Below are positions 30,149-37,821 of a DNA stretch of 64,000 nucleotides, piece by piece. Source of the DNA: an uncultured delta proteobacterium (GTDB taxonomy: Bacteria > Desulfobacterota > Desulfuromonadia > Desulfuromonadales > BM103). The notes beneath the pieces were generated by a model. That model worked only from the letters and a program-made list of their open reading frames with translations. It was not told the origin of the DNA and ran no database searches. The stretch lies in NCBI GenBank assembly GCA_963715335.1, contig CAVQRZ010000009.1:32001-96000 (forward strand). Direction: 5' to 3'. Each line of letters begins with the position of its first letter. Positions within the stretch are counted from its first letter, which is position 1. The position numbers and the translations under genes are program-made.

Positions 30149-31297
30149 TCAATACCCGGTCAACTCAACATAGCCGACACCACCGAGCGGACTGTCACGC
30201 TGCGTGCCTTGCACAGAGACCGCACCTTCCCAGTAGCGCACGGTTGTCTGCAACTCCTGGTCAGCCAGAACCGGGGTTATGTCCAGGCTGATGCCTTGTT
30301 TGACCATGTCCAGCCTCCATTTGGCCGGATACCTTGCGCCGCTCTTGTCACTCTGCCAATGCTCAAGCACCTTGATTTGCAGATCACCTGGCTGCAATCT
30401 CCGGGTCGCTCCGTCTGCCTCGACCAGGACTCCGCTGCTCAAAGGATCGGGCGTACCGTCCTGCAAACGAAGCTGGTAATACATCAACTCGCGGCCGTCA
30501 TCGAATTGCAGACTGAACCAGTCCCAGCCAATCTGGTCTTCGCCCAGGGCACTCGTGCTCCACTCGCGATCCAGCCAGCTGGTGCCGGCAACCTGAAAGG
30601 GTTCCCCCGCAATCACAATCCGCCCGGAGGTCGCCAAACGGGTCATGGAATAGTAGTAAGACGCATTGCCGGGCTGAGCGCTTTTTTGACTCAGCCCGTT
30701 CTGGCCCTGCAAAACGATCGGCTTGGCACTCTGCAAATGCAAATCGATCGCGACGTCATCTTCGCTGGCGGAAAGCCTCATCGGCAAAGGTTCGCCCTGC
30801 CCGCCCTCGACACGCCAGTCTTCCAGCCAGACCTGGAAAGGTTCGGCCTGGGCTCCGGCCAGCCCCAAAGAGTCGCGGCTAAAGCGCTCAAAATAATAAA
30901 ACCGCCCGCTGACCGGGTCAGTCAGGGCGAAGTGGCCCATGTAGACCTGGTTGGTCGCCCAGCTGGACGCCCGCTGCGGCGGCTCGGGCGTCAATGCGGT
31001 CCGGAAAAAGGTCAACTGGTAGCCGAAACGGCGCTGGTTTGCGGAGAGCAGGTTGCCCGTGTAGTACCACCATTCGGTTTTGAAGCGGGGGTGCGGACCA
31101 TGATCGAGCGGGAAGCGGAACTGCCGCGGCCGGTCGGCTCGCGCATAGTCCCCCGCCTCGGCACCGCCCAGCAGCTGATCGACGCTCAGCGCCTGCCCCG
31201 GCTTGGTCTCGGCAGGCGCTTGCCCTGCCAGGCAGAGAAGGCCGGCCGCGGCCAGCGCGCAGCCCAGAACCAGAGAGATGAAGAGCCGTGTATTCAT
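30149..31297 (-). CDS. AttH/CrtC-like lipocalin-domain secreted protein
   Basis: FPLDHGPHP, EWWYYTG, SYYYS, WLDREWS, GWDW, YWEG, GYVELTGY. Confidence 0.88.
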   Translation of the reverse strand: MNTRLFISLVLGCALAAAGLLCLAGQAPAETKPGQALSVDQLLGGAEAGDYARADRPRQFRFPLDHGPHPRFKTEWWYYTGNLLSANQRRFGYQLTFFRTALTPEPPQRASSWATNQVYMGHFALTDPVSGRFYYFERFSRDSLGLAGAQAEPFQVWLEDWRVEGGQGEPLPMRLSASEDDVAIDLHLQSAKPIVLQGQNGLSQKSAQPGNASYYYSMTRLATSGRIVIAGEPFQVAGTSWLDREWSTSALGEDQIGWDWFSLQFDDGRELMYYQLRLQDGTPDPLSSGVLVEADGATRRLQPGDLQIKVLEHWQSDKSGARYPAKWRLDMVKQGISLDITPVLADQELQTTVRYWEGAVSVQGTQRDSPLGGVGYVELTGY

Positions 31298-31300
31298 GAG

Positions 31301-33844
31301 CTACTCGTAGCGCATCGCCAGCGCCGGCGAGGTCCGCGCCATGCGCCAGGCCGGGTAAATGCCCGCAGCGAGTGCGGCAAGCACGGACAGGGCCAGCGCC
31401 TGGAGCAGGACGCCGGGATCGATGGAGATGGCCATGCTCCAGCCGAAGGAGCGCTGGTTGATGACCAGGATCAGGGCCAGGGCCTGCAAGATGCCAAGGG
31501 GCAAAGCGAGCAGCCCGGCGATCAGGCCGACAATGCTCGTCTCGGCGATGACCAGGCGCCACAGCTGCTGCGGCGTCAAGCCGTTCGCGCGCAGGACCGC
31601 CAGCTCCCTGGCCCGCTCTATCTGCATCGCCATCAGGGCATTGAGGATGCCGATGAAGGCCACCAGCACCGCCAGCATGCGCAGGACCGAAGTGACGGCA
31701 AAGGTGCGGTCGAAGGTCGCGAGCGAGGCTTCACGCAGGCCCCGGTTGGAATAAACCATGACCTGCTGCTTCCCCGCTGCGGCGCGCCTGAGCTGCTCGG
31801 CAATGCGCTCTGCATCATAGCCGTCTTCAAGATAGGCGGCCAGGGCATCGACCTGATCATCAAGCCAGTATTTCTGGTAGAGGTGACGGCCCATGGTGAT
31901 GCGTCCGCGGTCGGAGCCGTAGTCGGTGAAGACGCCGGCGACCAGGAAAGACCGCTCGCCCTGGTCGGTGCGCAACGAGATGCTGTCGCCCTGCGCGAGG
32001 TCGTGATGAAAGGCGTAGGGTTCGGACACGATGACGGCATCGCTCTGCAGGAAGGTCTGGTAGATCTCCTCCGGCTCGCCCTCGGCAAACCAGTAACTCA
32101 GGAAAGTCGCGGGGGGGATTTCGGCGACAAACAGGTCACTGGTCCCCTGCGCGGATTCCAGGGTGATGTGGCGGGCCGCGACGATCCGCGCGATGCCGTC
32201 GATCCGGCGTGCTGCCCGCAGATAGTCATCCTGCAGAGGCTGCCGTCCGGGGCCGAACGTCGAGCCCGATGTGGACACGTAAATATCGGCCTGCAAATAG
32301 CTTTGCAGCCAGGTCTCCACGGTTGAGCGGAAGCTGTTGATCATCAACCCGACGCCAACCGTGGCTGCCACGGCAATCACCAGGGCCGAGGTCGCCACGC
32401 CGGTCCGGCTCAGCCCGCCCAACAGGTTGCGCACCGCCAGCTTGCCGAGGATCCCCGAGAAACGGCCCAGCAAAGGCTGGATTTTCCTCAGGATCCATAC
32501 GAACGCGCCGGGGACGATCAGGGCATAGCCGGTAATCAGCAGGAACATGAAGAGGAAACTCGCCGGGATGCTCTTGCCGGGGACTATCAGGCCGAACACG
32601 CCCAGGGCCATCAGCCCCAGCCCGCCGCCCACGCCCCAGGGAAGCAGCCTGCGCTGCCGGCTTTCGACGTTGGAACGGAGCAGCGCACCGCGCGGGGCGG
32701 TCCTGGCCGCCTCCAGCGCAGGCATGAGAGCGGCCAGGGTGGTCGCGCCAAGGCCGAGCAGAAGCCCCTTGGCAAGGGACAGGGGGGTCACGAAAAGAGT
32801 CTGGATGTTGAGGACGAAATACAGGTCGTTGATGGTGCGCGTGACAATGGCGAGCAGCCCGTTGGCGAGCAGCACCCCGGCCGCGAGCCCCAGCGCCGTG
32901 CCCACGGCGCCGATCAGGAAGGCCTCGACCAGGACCATGCTGAAGATTTCGCGGCGGGTCACTCCCAGGGTGCGCAAGGCGCCCAGCAGCCCCCTGCGCT
33001 GCAAAATCGAAAACGTCATGGTGTTGTAAATGAGAAACATCCCCACCACCAGGGCCAGCAGGCTCAAGGCGGTGAGGTTGAGCTGAAAGGCCCGCGTCAT
33101 CTGCGCCATGGTTTGCGCGCGGCTGTCGGCAGGGAGGATTTCGGCGTTGGCGGGGAGCAGCGGGCGCAGCGCGTCGAGGCTGGCCAGGCCGGCCGCATCG
33201 AGGGGCACAATCAAATCGATGCGGGACAGCCGGCCCTTTTGCGAAAAGAGCTCCTGCGCGGAGCTGAGGTCCATGACGACGAGGTTGTCCAGGGCCCTGG
33301 CGGTGACCTGCTGGCGCGGTTCCAGCAGGCCGACCAAGGTGATCTCACCGGGCTTGCCGCCAATCGTCAGAGGCAGCCGGTCCCCTTGACTGAGACCCAG
33401 TGAACGGGCTGTTTCCCTGGTCATCAAAGCCGCGCCCGGCTCGGTGACCAGGCGGCCCAGGTCGAGCCGGCGGTCGGTGGCCGGCGCATAGTTGCGAAAA
33501 GGCCTTTCGGCGAAGGGGTCGACCCCCAGCAGCTTCAGGGTGAGGCCGGGTTGGCCCGGCACGGTTGCGTAGCCCTCCACGACCGGCGCGCTGTTGCGCC
33601 AATCGCCATTGAGCCGGATCTGCCGGTAGCTGTCCTCGGGCAGGCCGTTGGAACCGCCGACAATCATGTGGGTGGTGCGGCCCGTCAACGCCTCGGCCGA
33701 GAGGTTGAAGGCGCGCTCGGCGCTGCTGTTGGCCAGGTCGATCGCAACGACAACCGCGACCCCCAGGGCGACGCCGATCACCGCAAAGACAAGCTGCAAG
33801 GGATGGCGCAGAAGATATCGGAAGCCGGCTCGCCACAGGATCAT
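31301..33844 (-). CDS. MacB/FtsX-like ABC transporter permease (AttF/G-like)
   Basis: 847 aa with duplicated FtsX architecture; QRRGLLGALRTLG and ERARELAVLRANG. Confidence 0.9.
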   Translation of the reverse strand: MILWRAGFRYLLRHPLQLVFAVIGVALGVAVVVAIDLANSSAERAFNLSAEALTGRTTHMIVGGSNGLPEDSYRQIRLNGDWRNSAPVVEGYATVPGQPGLTLKLLGVDPFAERPFRNYAPATDRRLDLGRLVTEPGAALMTRETARSLGLSQGDRLPLTIGGKPGEITLVGLLEPRQQVTARALDNLVVMDLSSAQELFSQKGRLSRIDLIVPLDAAGLASLDALRPLLPANAEILPADSRAQTMAQMTRAFQLNLTALSLLALVVGMFLIYNTMTFSILQRRGLLGALRTLGVTRREIFSMVLVEAFLIGAVGTALGLAAGVLLANGLLAIVTRTINDLYFVLNIQTLFVTPLSLAKGLLLGLGATTLAALMPALEAARTAPRGALLRSNVESRQRRLLPWGVGGGLGLMALGVFGLIVPGKSIPASFLFMFLLITGYALIVPGAFVWILRKIQPLLGRFSGILGKLAVRNLLGGLSRTGVATSALVIAVAATVGVGLMINSFRSTVETWLQSYLQADIYVSTSGSTFGPGRQPLQDDYLRAARRIDGIARIVAARHITLESAQGTSDLFVAEIPPATFLSYWFAEGEPEEIYQTFLQSDAVIVSEPYAFHHDLAQGDSISLRTDQGERSFLVAGVFTDYGSDRGRITMGRHLYQKYWLDDQVDALAAYLEDGYDAERIAEQLRRAAAGKQQVMVYSNRGLREASLATFDRTFAVTSVLRMLAVLVAFIGILNALMAMQIERARELAVLRANGLTPQQLWRLVIAETSIVGLIAGLLALPLGILQALALILVINQRSFGWSMAISIDPGVLLQALALSVLAALAAGIYPAWRMARTSPALAMRYE

Positions 33845-34545
33845 GGCAAACCCTTTGCTTCTGCAACCTGTTCGACCAGGATCCCGTCGCGGATCGTCAG
33901 GACGCGGTCTGCCAGCCGGGCGATTTCCGGACTGTGCGTGACCATCAGGGTGGTCATCCGGTTGGTTCTGATCAGTTGACTCAACAGCTTGAGAACCTCT
34001 GCGCCGGTCTCGACATCCAGGTTGCCGGTCGGTTCGTCGGCCAGCAGCAGCAGCGGTTTGTGGATCAAGGCCCGGCAGATGGCGATGCGCTGCTGCTCAC
34101 CTCCGGAAAGACGGTCCGGATAACTGTCGGCACGATCGGCGAGGCCCACCTGGCCGAGGATGTCGAGGGCCTGTTGTTTTGACTCGGTCGTGATGCTCTT
34201 TTTCAGCTCCAGCGGCAGGAGCAGGTTCTCGATAACGGTGAGCGTCGGGATGAGATTGTAGAACTGGAAGACAAAGCCGATGTGGTCGCGCCTGAAGAGG
34301 GTCCTCTGCTGCTCGGTCATGGTGGTCAGGTTCTGCCCACCGATCCGAACCTCTCCTGCGGTAGGCAGATCGATGCCACTGATCAGGTTCAGCAGGGTAG
34401 ATTTCCCCGAGCCGCTCCGTCCTAACAGGACGACAAAGTCACCTCTGTTGATCGATGCATCAAGCCCATGGAAAACCACCCGTTGACTCTCGCCTTCGGC
34501 AAAAGTCTTGCTCAGATTGCAAATTTCGAGGATTTCATCAGACAC
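33841..34545 (-). CDS. ABC transporter ATP-binding protein (LolD-like)
   Basis: [26 protein letters not shown]. Confidence 0.92.
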   Translation of the reverse strand: MSDEILEICNLSKTFAEGESQRVVFHGLDASINRGDFVVLLGRSGSGKSTLLNLISGIDLPTAGEVRIGGQNLTTMTEQQRTLFRRDHIGFVFQFYNLIPTLTVIENLLLPLELKKSITTESKQQALDILGQVGLADRADSYPDRLSGGEQQRIAICRALIHKPLLLLADEPTGNLDVETGAEVLKLLSQLIRTNRMTTLMVTHSPEIARLADRVLTIRDGILVEQVAEAKGLP

Positions 34546-34843
34546 AGGCAGAAGGTCCTTTTGAAGTCGGTGTCATCGGGGTCCGGTGTCAGGCTTGACT
34601 GATGGGTATTTCGCATACCACCTCTCCGGCAAAAATAAAGAGGAATGCAACGCCTGAAACAGCGTCACAGCCCCCTCCCGTAAAAATAGACGACATATTA
34701 GACCAGACTAAAGCACCCTGTTAAAAATACCCTTTCAACTGTGATTGTCAATTATTCTGATGACCTGCCAAAAGCAACCGGCACCACCCGGATCATGAAA
34801 TCGGGACAGGCCGCGGCGCAGCAGCCGCAGAGCCAGGAGTCTA

Positions 34844-34873
34844 GGGACACTTGTTTTTAAGTGTCCCCGGCTC
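34844..34873. repeat. REP hairpin copy
   Basis: GGGACACTTGTTTTTAAGTGTCCCCGGCTC. Confidence 0.9.
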
Positions 34874-34912
34874 TGAGCTGGTGAAAAAGGGCGGTTTCCG
34901 GACAGAAACGAA

Positions 34913-35422
34913 TTAGCTGATACCCGCTTCCTCCTGCAGCAGAGACACCCAGGCGGCCAGGCGCTGCTCGGTAAGCTGGTCCTGATTTTCGACATCAAGG
35001 GGCAGACCGAGGAAATAATCCCCTTCAACCGCGGCGGAGGCAGAGTAATCGTAGCCTTTATCCGGCCATTTGCCGATGATGGTCGCTCCGGCCGCCACCG
35101 CCAGATCATGCAGTGCCTTCATCCCGTCGACAAAGGCATCAGGGTAACCGACCTGATCTCCGACCCCGTACAAAGCGACCTTTGCCCCCTCCAACTGTGC
35201 CTCGCGCAGGCAGTCATAGGCGTCGTTCCAGTCGTTTTGCAGGCGATCCCCCTCATCGTGCCAGCTTGAAGTGCCGAGAATCAGCAGGTCACAGCTTTCC
35301 AGATCCGCCCGGGTTGCGTTGGCAATGGGATAAAGGCGTGCGGTGGTGATTCGCTCCGCAAGACGTTGCGCGATTAAGGCGGTATTGCCAGTGCTGCCGC
35401 CGTAAAATATTCCGATTTTCAT
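34913..35422 (-). CDS. fldA: Long-chain flavodoxin, copy B (protein identical to copy A)
   Basis: Identical 169-aa translation in the ORF track. Confidence 0.88.
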   Translation of the reverse strand: MKIGIFYGGSTGNTALIAQRLAERITTARLYPIANATRADLESCDLLILGTSSWHDEGDRLQNDWNDAYDCLREAQLEGAKVALYGVGDQVGYPDAFVDGMKALHDLAVAAGATIIGKWPDKGYDYSASAAVEGDYFLGLPLDVENQDQLTEQRLAAWVSLLQEEAGIS

Positions 35423-35509
35423 GATGACTCCTTTATCGACGAAGATAAAATCAATTTAAAACGTTAACCAGTTTGACATGTTAGCATATCAGCGCGGTCA
35501 GAGTGGAGT

Positions 35510-35559
35510 GGGGTCAGGTCTAGAAATTTGAATTGACTCAAGATTAACGACCTGACCCC
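35510..35559. repeat. Second palindrome type GGGGTCAGGTC-N28-GACCTGACCCC
   Basis: Perfect 11-bp inverted repeat, followed by REP half-sites to 35587. Confidence 0.75.
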
Positions 35560-35589
35560 GTCAGGAGTGCCCCCGACTCAGTGTCCCAA

Positions 35590-35958
35590 TTAATTATCCC
35601 GACTCTTAGCCTTGTATTCATTGTATTTTTTTGACGAGCCTTTGACCTGCTCGGCAGGATATTTCTGTTCATTCAGCGATATCTTTTGCTGGGCGGCCTG
35701 AACCAAATCAACCCCTAACTTTTCTGACATGCGCAGCAGATAAACAAAAATGTCGGCAAGTTCCAAACGCACCTCCGCCAGCTTGTCATCTGACAAATTA
35801 TAGCTCTGTTCTTCGGTTAACCACTGGAAGTGTTCCACCAGTTCAGCAGCCTCGGCGATCAGAGCCATGGATAAATTTTTCGGCGAGTGAAACTGGTCCC
35901 AATCACGTTCGGCAGCGAAACCGTTTATTCGTTCAATCAGTTCAGTAAGTTCTGACAT
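35590..35958 (-). CDS. MazG-like nucleotide pyrophosphohydrolase (dCTPase-like)
   Basis: ERDWDQFHSPKNL, EAAEL, ELADI, KYP. Confidence 0.9.
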   Translation of the reverse strand: MSELTELIERINGFAAERDWDQFHSPKNLSMALIAEAAELVEHFQWLTEEQSYNLSDDKLAEVRLELADIFVYLLRMSEKLGVDLVQAAQQKISLNEQKYPAEQVKGSSKKYNEYKAKSRDN

Positions 35959-36025
35959 GACTATCTCCAGGAACAATCATTGAATATCCTTGCTTAAAAG
36001 GGGCTCTCTGCTTTAAGTGTCCCCA
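35942..36025. repeat. 84-bp direct repeat, copy A (copy B 36951-37034), flanking the RAYT gene
   Basis: Contains the mazG start/RBS region and a degenerate REP ending TTTAAGTGTCCCCA. Confidence 0.9.
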
Positions 36026-36058
36026 TTTCCAAATAAATCTGCAAGAGAAACATTGATT

Positions 36059-36083
36059 GGGGACACTTGTTTTCAAGTGTCCC
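36059..36083. repeat. REP hairpin 2 bp downstream of the RAYT stop codon
   Basis: GGGGACACTTGTTTTCAAGTGTCCC. Confidence 0.9.
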
Positions 36084-36085
36084 TT

Positions 36086-36718
36086 TTATAATGTGCGGCC
36101 CAACAATTGTTCAAGCTTCAGCAACATTGCGGGATTACACAAAGGGCGCCCACTTCGGGTCGCCTGATCAATCTTTCTCCTCACCTCCACATCCGCCTCC
36201 AAAATAAACTGGCGATAATCATGTCGCTCATCCTCTTTGAGCCAACCAGGACATGACAGTAGAGGATCTGCACGACCTTCAAGATGGAAGCGGGCACTTG
36301 ACCAAAGATACTCGGCAGCGGTCGGTACCAGGCCCGCTTTCACAGGATTGTTCTCTATATACCTTGCTACTGACCAGAGATATTCATCGCTATCAACAAT
36401 GCAGGAATAGAAACGGTTCTGCCAAACACGACCAGAGCGCAAGTACTTGCGGTTTACATATGTCGTATAAACCTGATTTGTCCGCCCGATACCCAGAGCC
36501 AAGGCCCCGGGCTCTTGAGGGACCGCCAACAGATGGACGTGGTTTGGCATCAGGCAATAAGCCCAGATATCAACCTGAAATTTTTGAGTGTAATGTTTAA
36601 GAAGGTCAGTGTAGATCAGCCGGTCTTGATCATCGAGAAATACCGGCTCGCGGTTGTTGCCACGTTGAGTGATATGATGCGGATAGCCGACGGCCACCGC
36701 GCGAGCATTGCGTGCCAT
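36086..36718 (-). mobile_element. REP-associated tyrosine transposase (RAYT/TnpA-REP, Y1 HUH family)
   Basis: HITQRGNNR, AYCLMPNHVHLL (HUH), WQNRF, YIENNPVKAGL (catalytic Tyr), WSS; REPs on both sides; no tnpB. Confidence 0.9.
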
Positions 36719-36763
36719 GTCCCCCTCCATTAAAAGTCATAACAAAACAAATCTAATGTTGGG

Positions 36764-36798
36764 ATTGTAGCAATGATGAATACGAAGGGCAAATGACT
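36764..36798 (-). promoter_or_regulatory. sigma70 promoter of the RAYT gene, identical to 22601-22635
   Basis: TTGCCC-N17-TACAAT on the minus strand, about 45 bp upstream of the ATG. Confidence 0.7.
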
Positions 36799-36950
36799 AT
36801 TATGGGGACACTTGAAAGGGACACTTGTTTTCAAGTGTCCCCGGGCCTGAAGGCAAATGACTAAATGGTGACACTGAAAGGGACACTTGATTTAAGTCCC
36901 GGCTCAAGGCAAATATTTGGGGAACTGAAAGGGAACTTTTATTCGTTCCG
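36784..36950. repeat. Three tandem, progressively decayed compound-REP units
   Basis: Units begin GAAGGGCAAATGACT / GAAGGCAAATGACT / AAGGCAAAT, each followed by a GGGGACACTTGAAAGGGACACTTG variant. Confidence 0.8.
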
Positions 36951-37037
36951 TCAGTAAGTTCTGACATGACTATCTCCAGGAACAATCATTGAATATCCTT
37001 GCTTAAAAGGGGCTCTCTGCTTTAAGTGTCCCCAATT

Positions 37038-37820
37038 CTATTTCTTAGTTCTGGGTGGAGAAGATTCCAGGATCCCCCTGCTGCGGAGTGCCAGCCAGAC
37101 GGGTGCTGCACCGAGATCGTGCCGGACTTCGAAAAGCTCCATCGGGACGACACCGGCGGCATACTCGTTAATCGCTTTGCGCCAGTTTGCATCGTCTGTG
37201 AACGGGGCTCCCGCATCACGGATGCCCTCGTCACCGGTGAACCCCAGATAAACCAGGATGACAGGGATGCCGAGGCTACCCAACTTCCAGGTAAAAGCCA
37301 GCCGGTTCGCAAGTTGGTAATGCGAGTCGCGGGAGATGTTGACGTGTGGATTGATGCGTTGCCAGGCTTTGCATGCTTCGTCGATCGCATCGCCAATACG
37401 CTCGTGGTTCTCGATCCCTTTAGGTGAAGACGTCTTGTCGAGTCGCTTGCCAGCCGCACCCAACTCAGGCCAGTTCGCTTTCGCTTCAACAAGGACGAGT
37501 CCAGCTTTCCCCTCGATTTCACAGGTCGCAGCGATATCCCAATTCGGCGTATTTGCGCCGCGTCGATGAGCCAGCCACCAGTCCTGCAACTGTTCCCAAA
37601 CAGCATGCCCTGGCATGACTGCTGGCCCGAAACGCTCAAGACGTGCTTCCATTGGATCAGTGTAACCACGGGGCATAAAAATGGTGTCAGGTGGGAAATG
37701 GACGGGGAGCGGGGCAAGAAGTGATGCAAACTCCCTGAGGAAGTTGGGGCTTTCGGTCCAGTCGAGAACGTGTTTGCGGCTACCTCTTTCCAAAATTCCC
37801 TCTATTTTCTTAGTCTTCAA
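37038..37820 (-). CDS. Hypothetical protein, putative PD-(D/E)XK nuclease fold
   Basis: PNWDIAA...LVLVEAK and YQL motifs; defence-like context. Confidence 0.55.
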   Translation of the reverse strand: MKTKKIEGILERGSRKHVLDWTESPNFLREFASLLAPLPVHFPPDTIFMPRGYTDPMEARLERFGPAVMPGHAVWEQLQDWWLAHRRGANTPNWDIAATCEIEGKAGLVLVEAKANWPELGAAGKRLDKTSSPKGIENHERIGDAIDEACKAWQRINPHVNISRDSHYQLANRLAFTWKLGSLGIPVILVYLGFTGDEGIRDAGAPFTDDANWRKAINEYAAGVVPMELFEVRHDLGAAPVWLALRSRGILESSPPRTKK

Positions 37821-37821
37821 T

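Noticed and set aside
30056..32326. 756-aa + strand ORF, and similar long ORFs at 15779, 27149, 40635, 45337, 50728, 59190 and 61184
   Set aside because: Antisense shadows of well-supported genes, without recognisable motifs.
36086..36718. IS200/IS605 insertion sequence
   Set aside because: No tnpB; protein length and motifs (QRGNNR, NPVKAGL, WSS) fit RAYT rather than IS200 TnpA.
29357..36985. Similar short ORFs ending ...GTLENKCPF (29357, 36800) and the repeated ORF at 34735
   Set aside because: Translations of REP DNA and of alternative frames of the duplicated flavodoxin/mazG segments.
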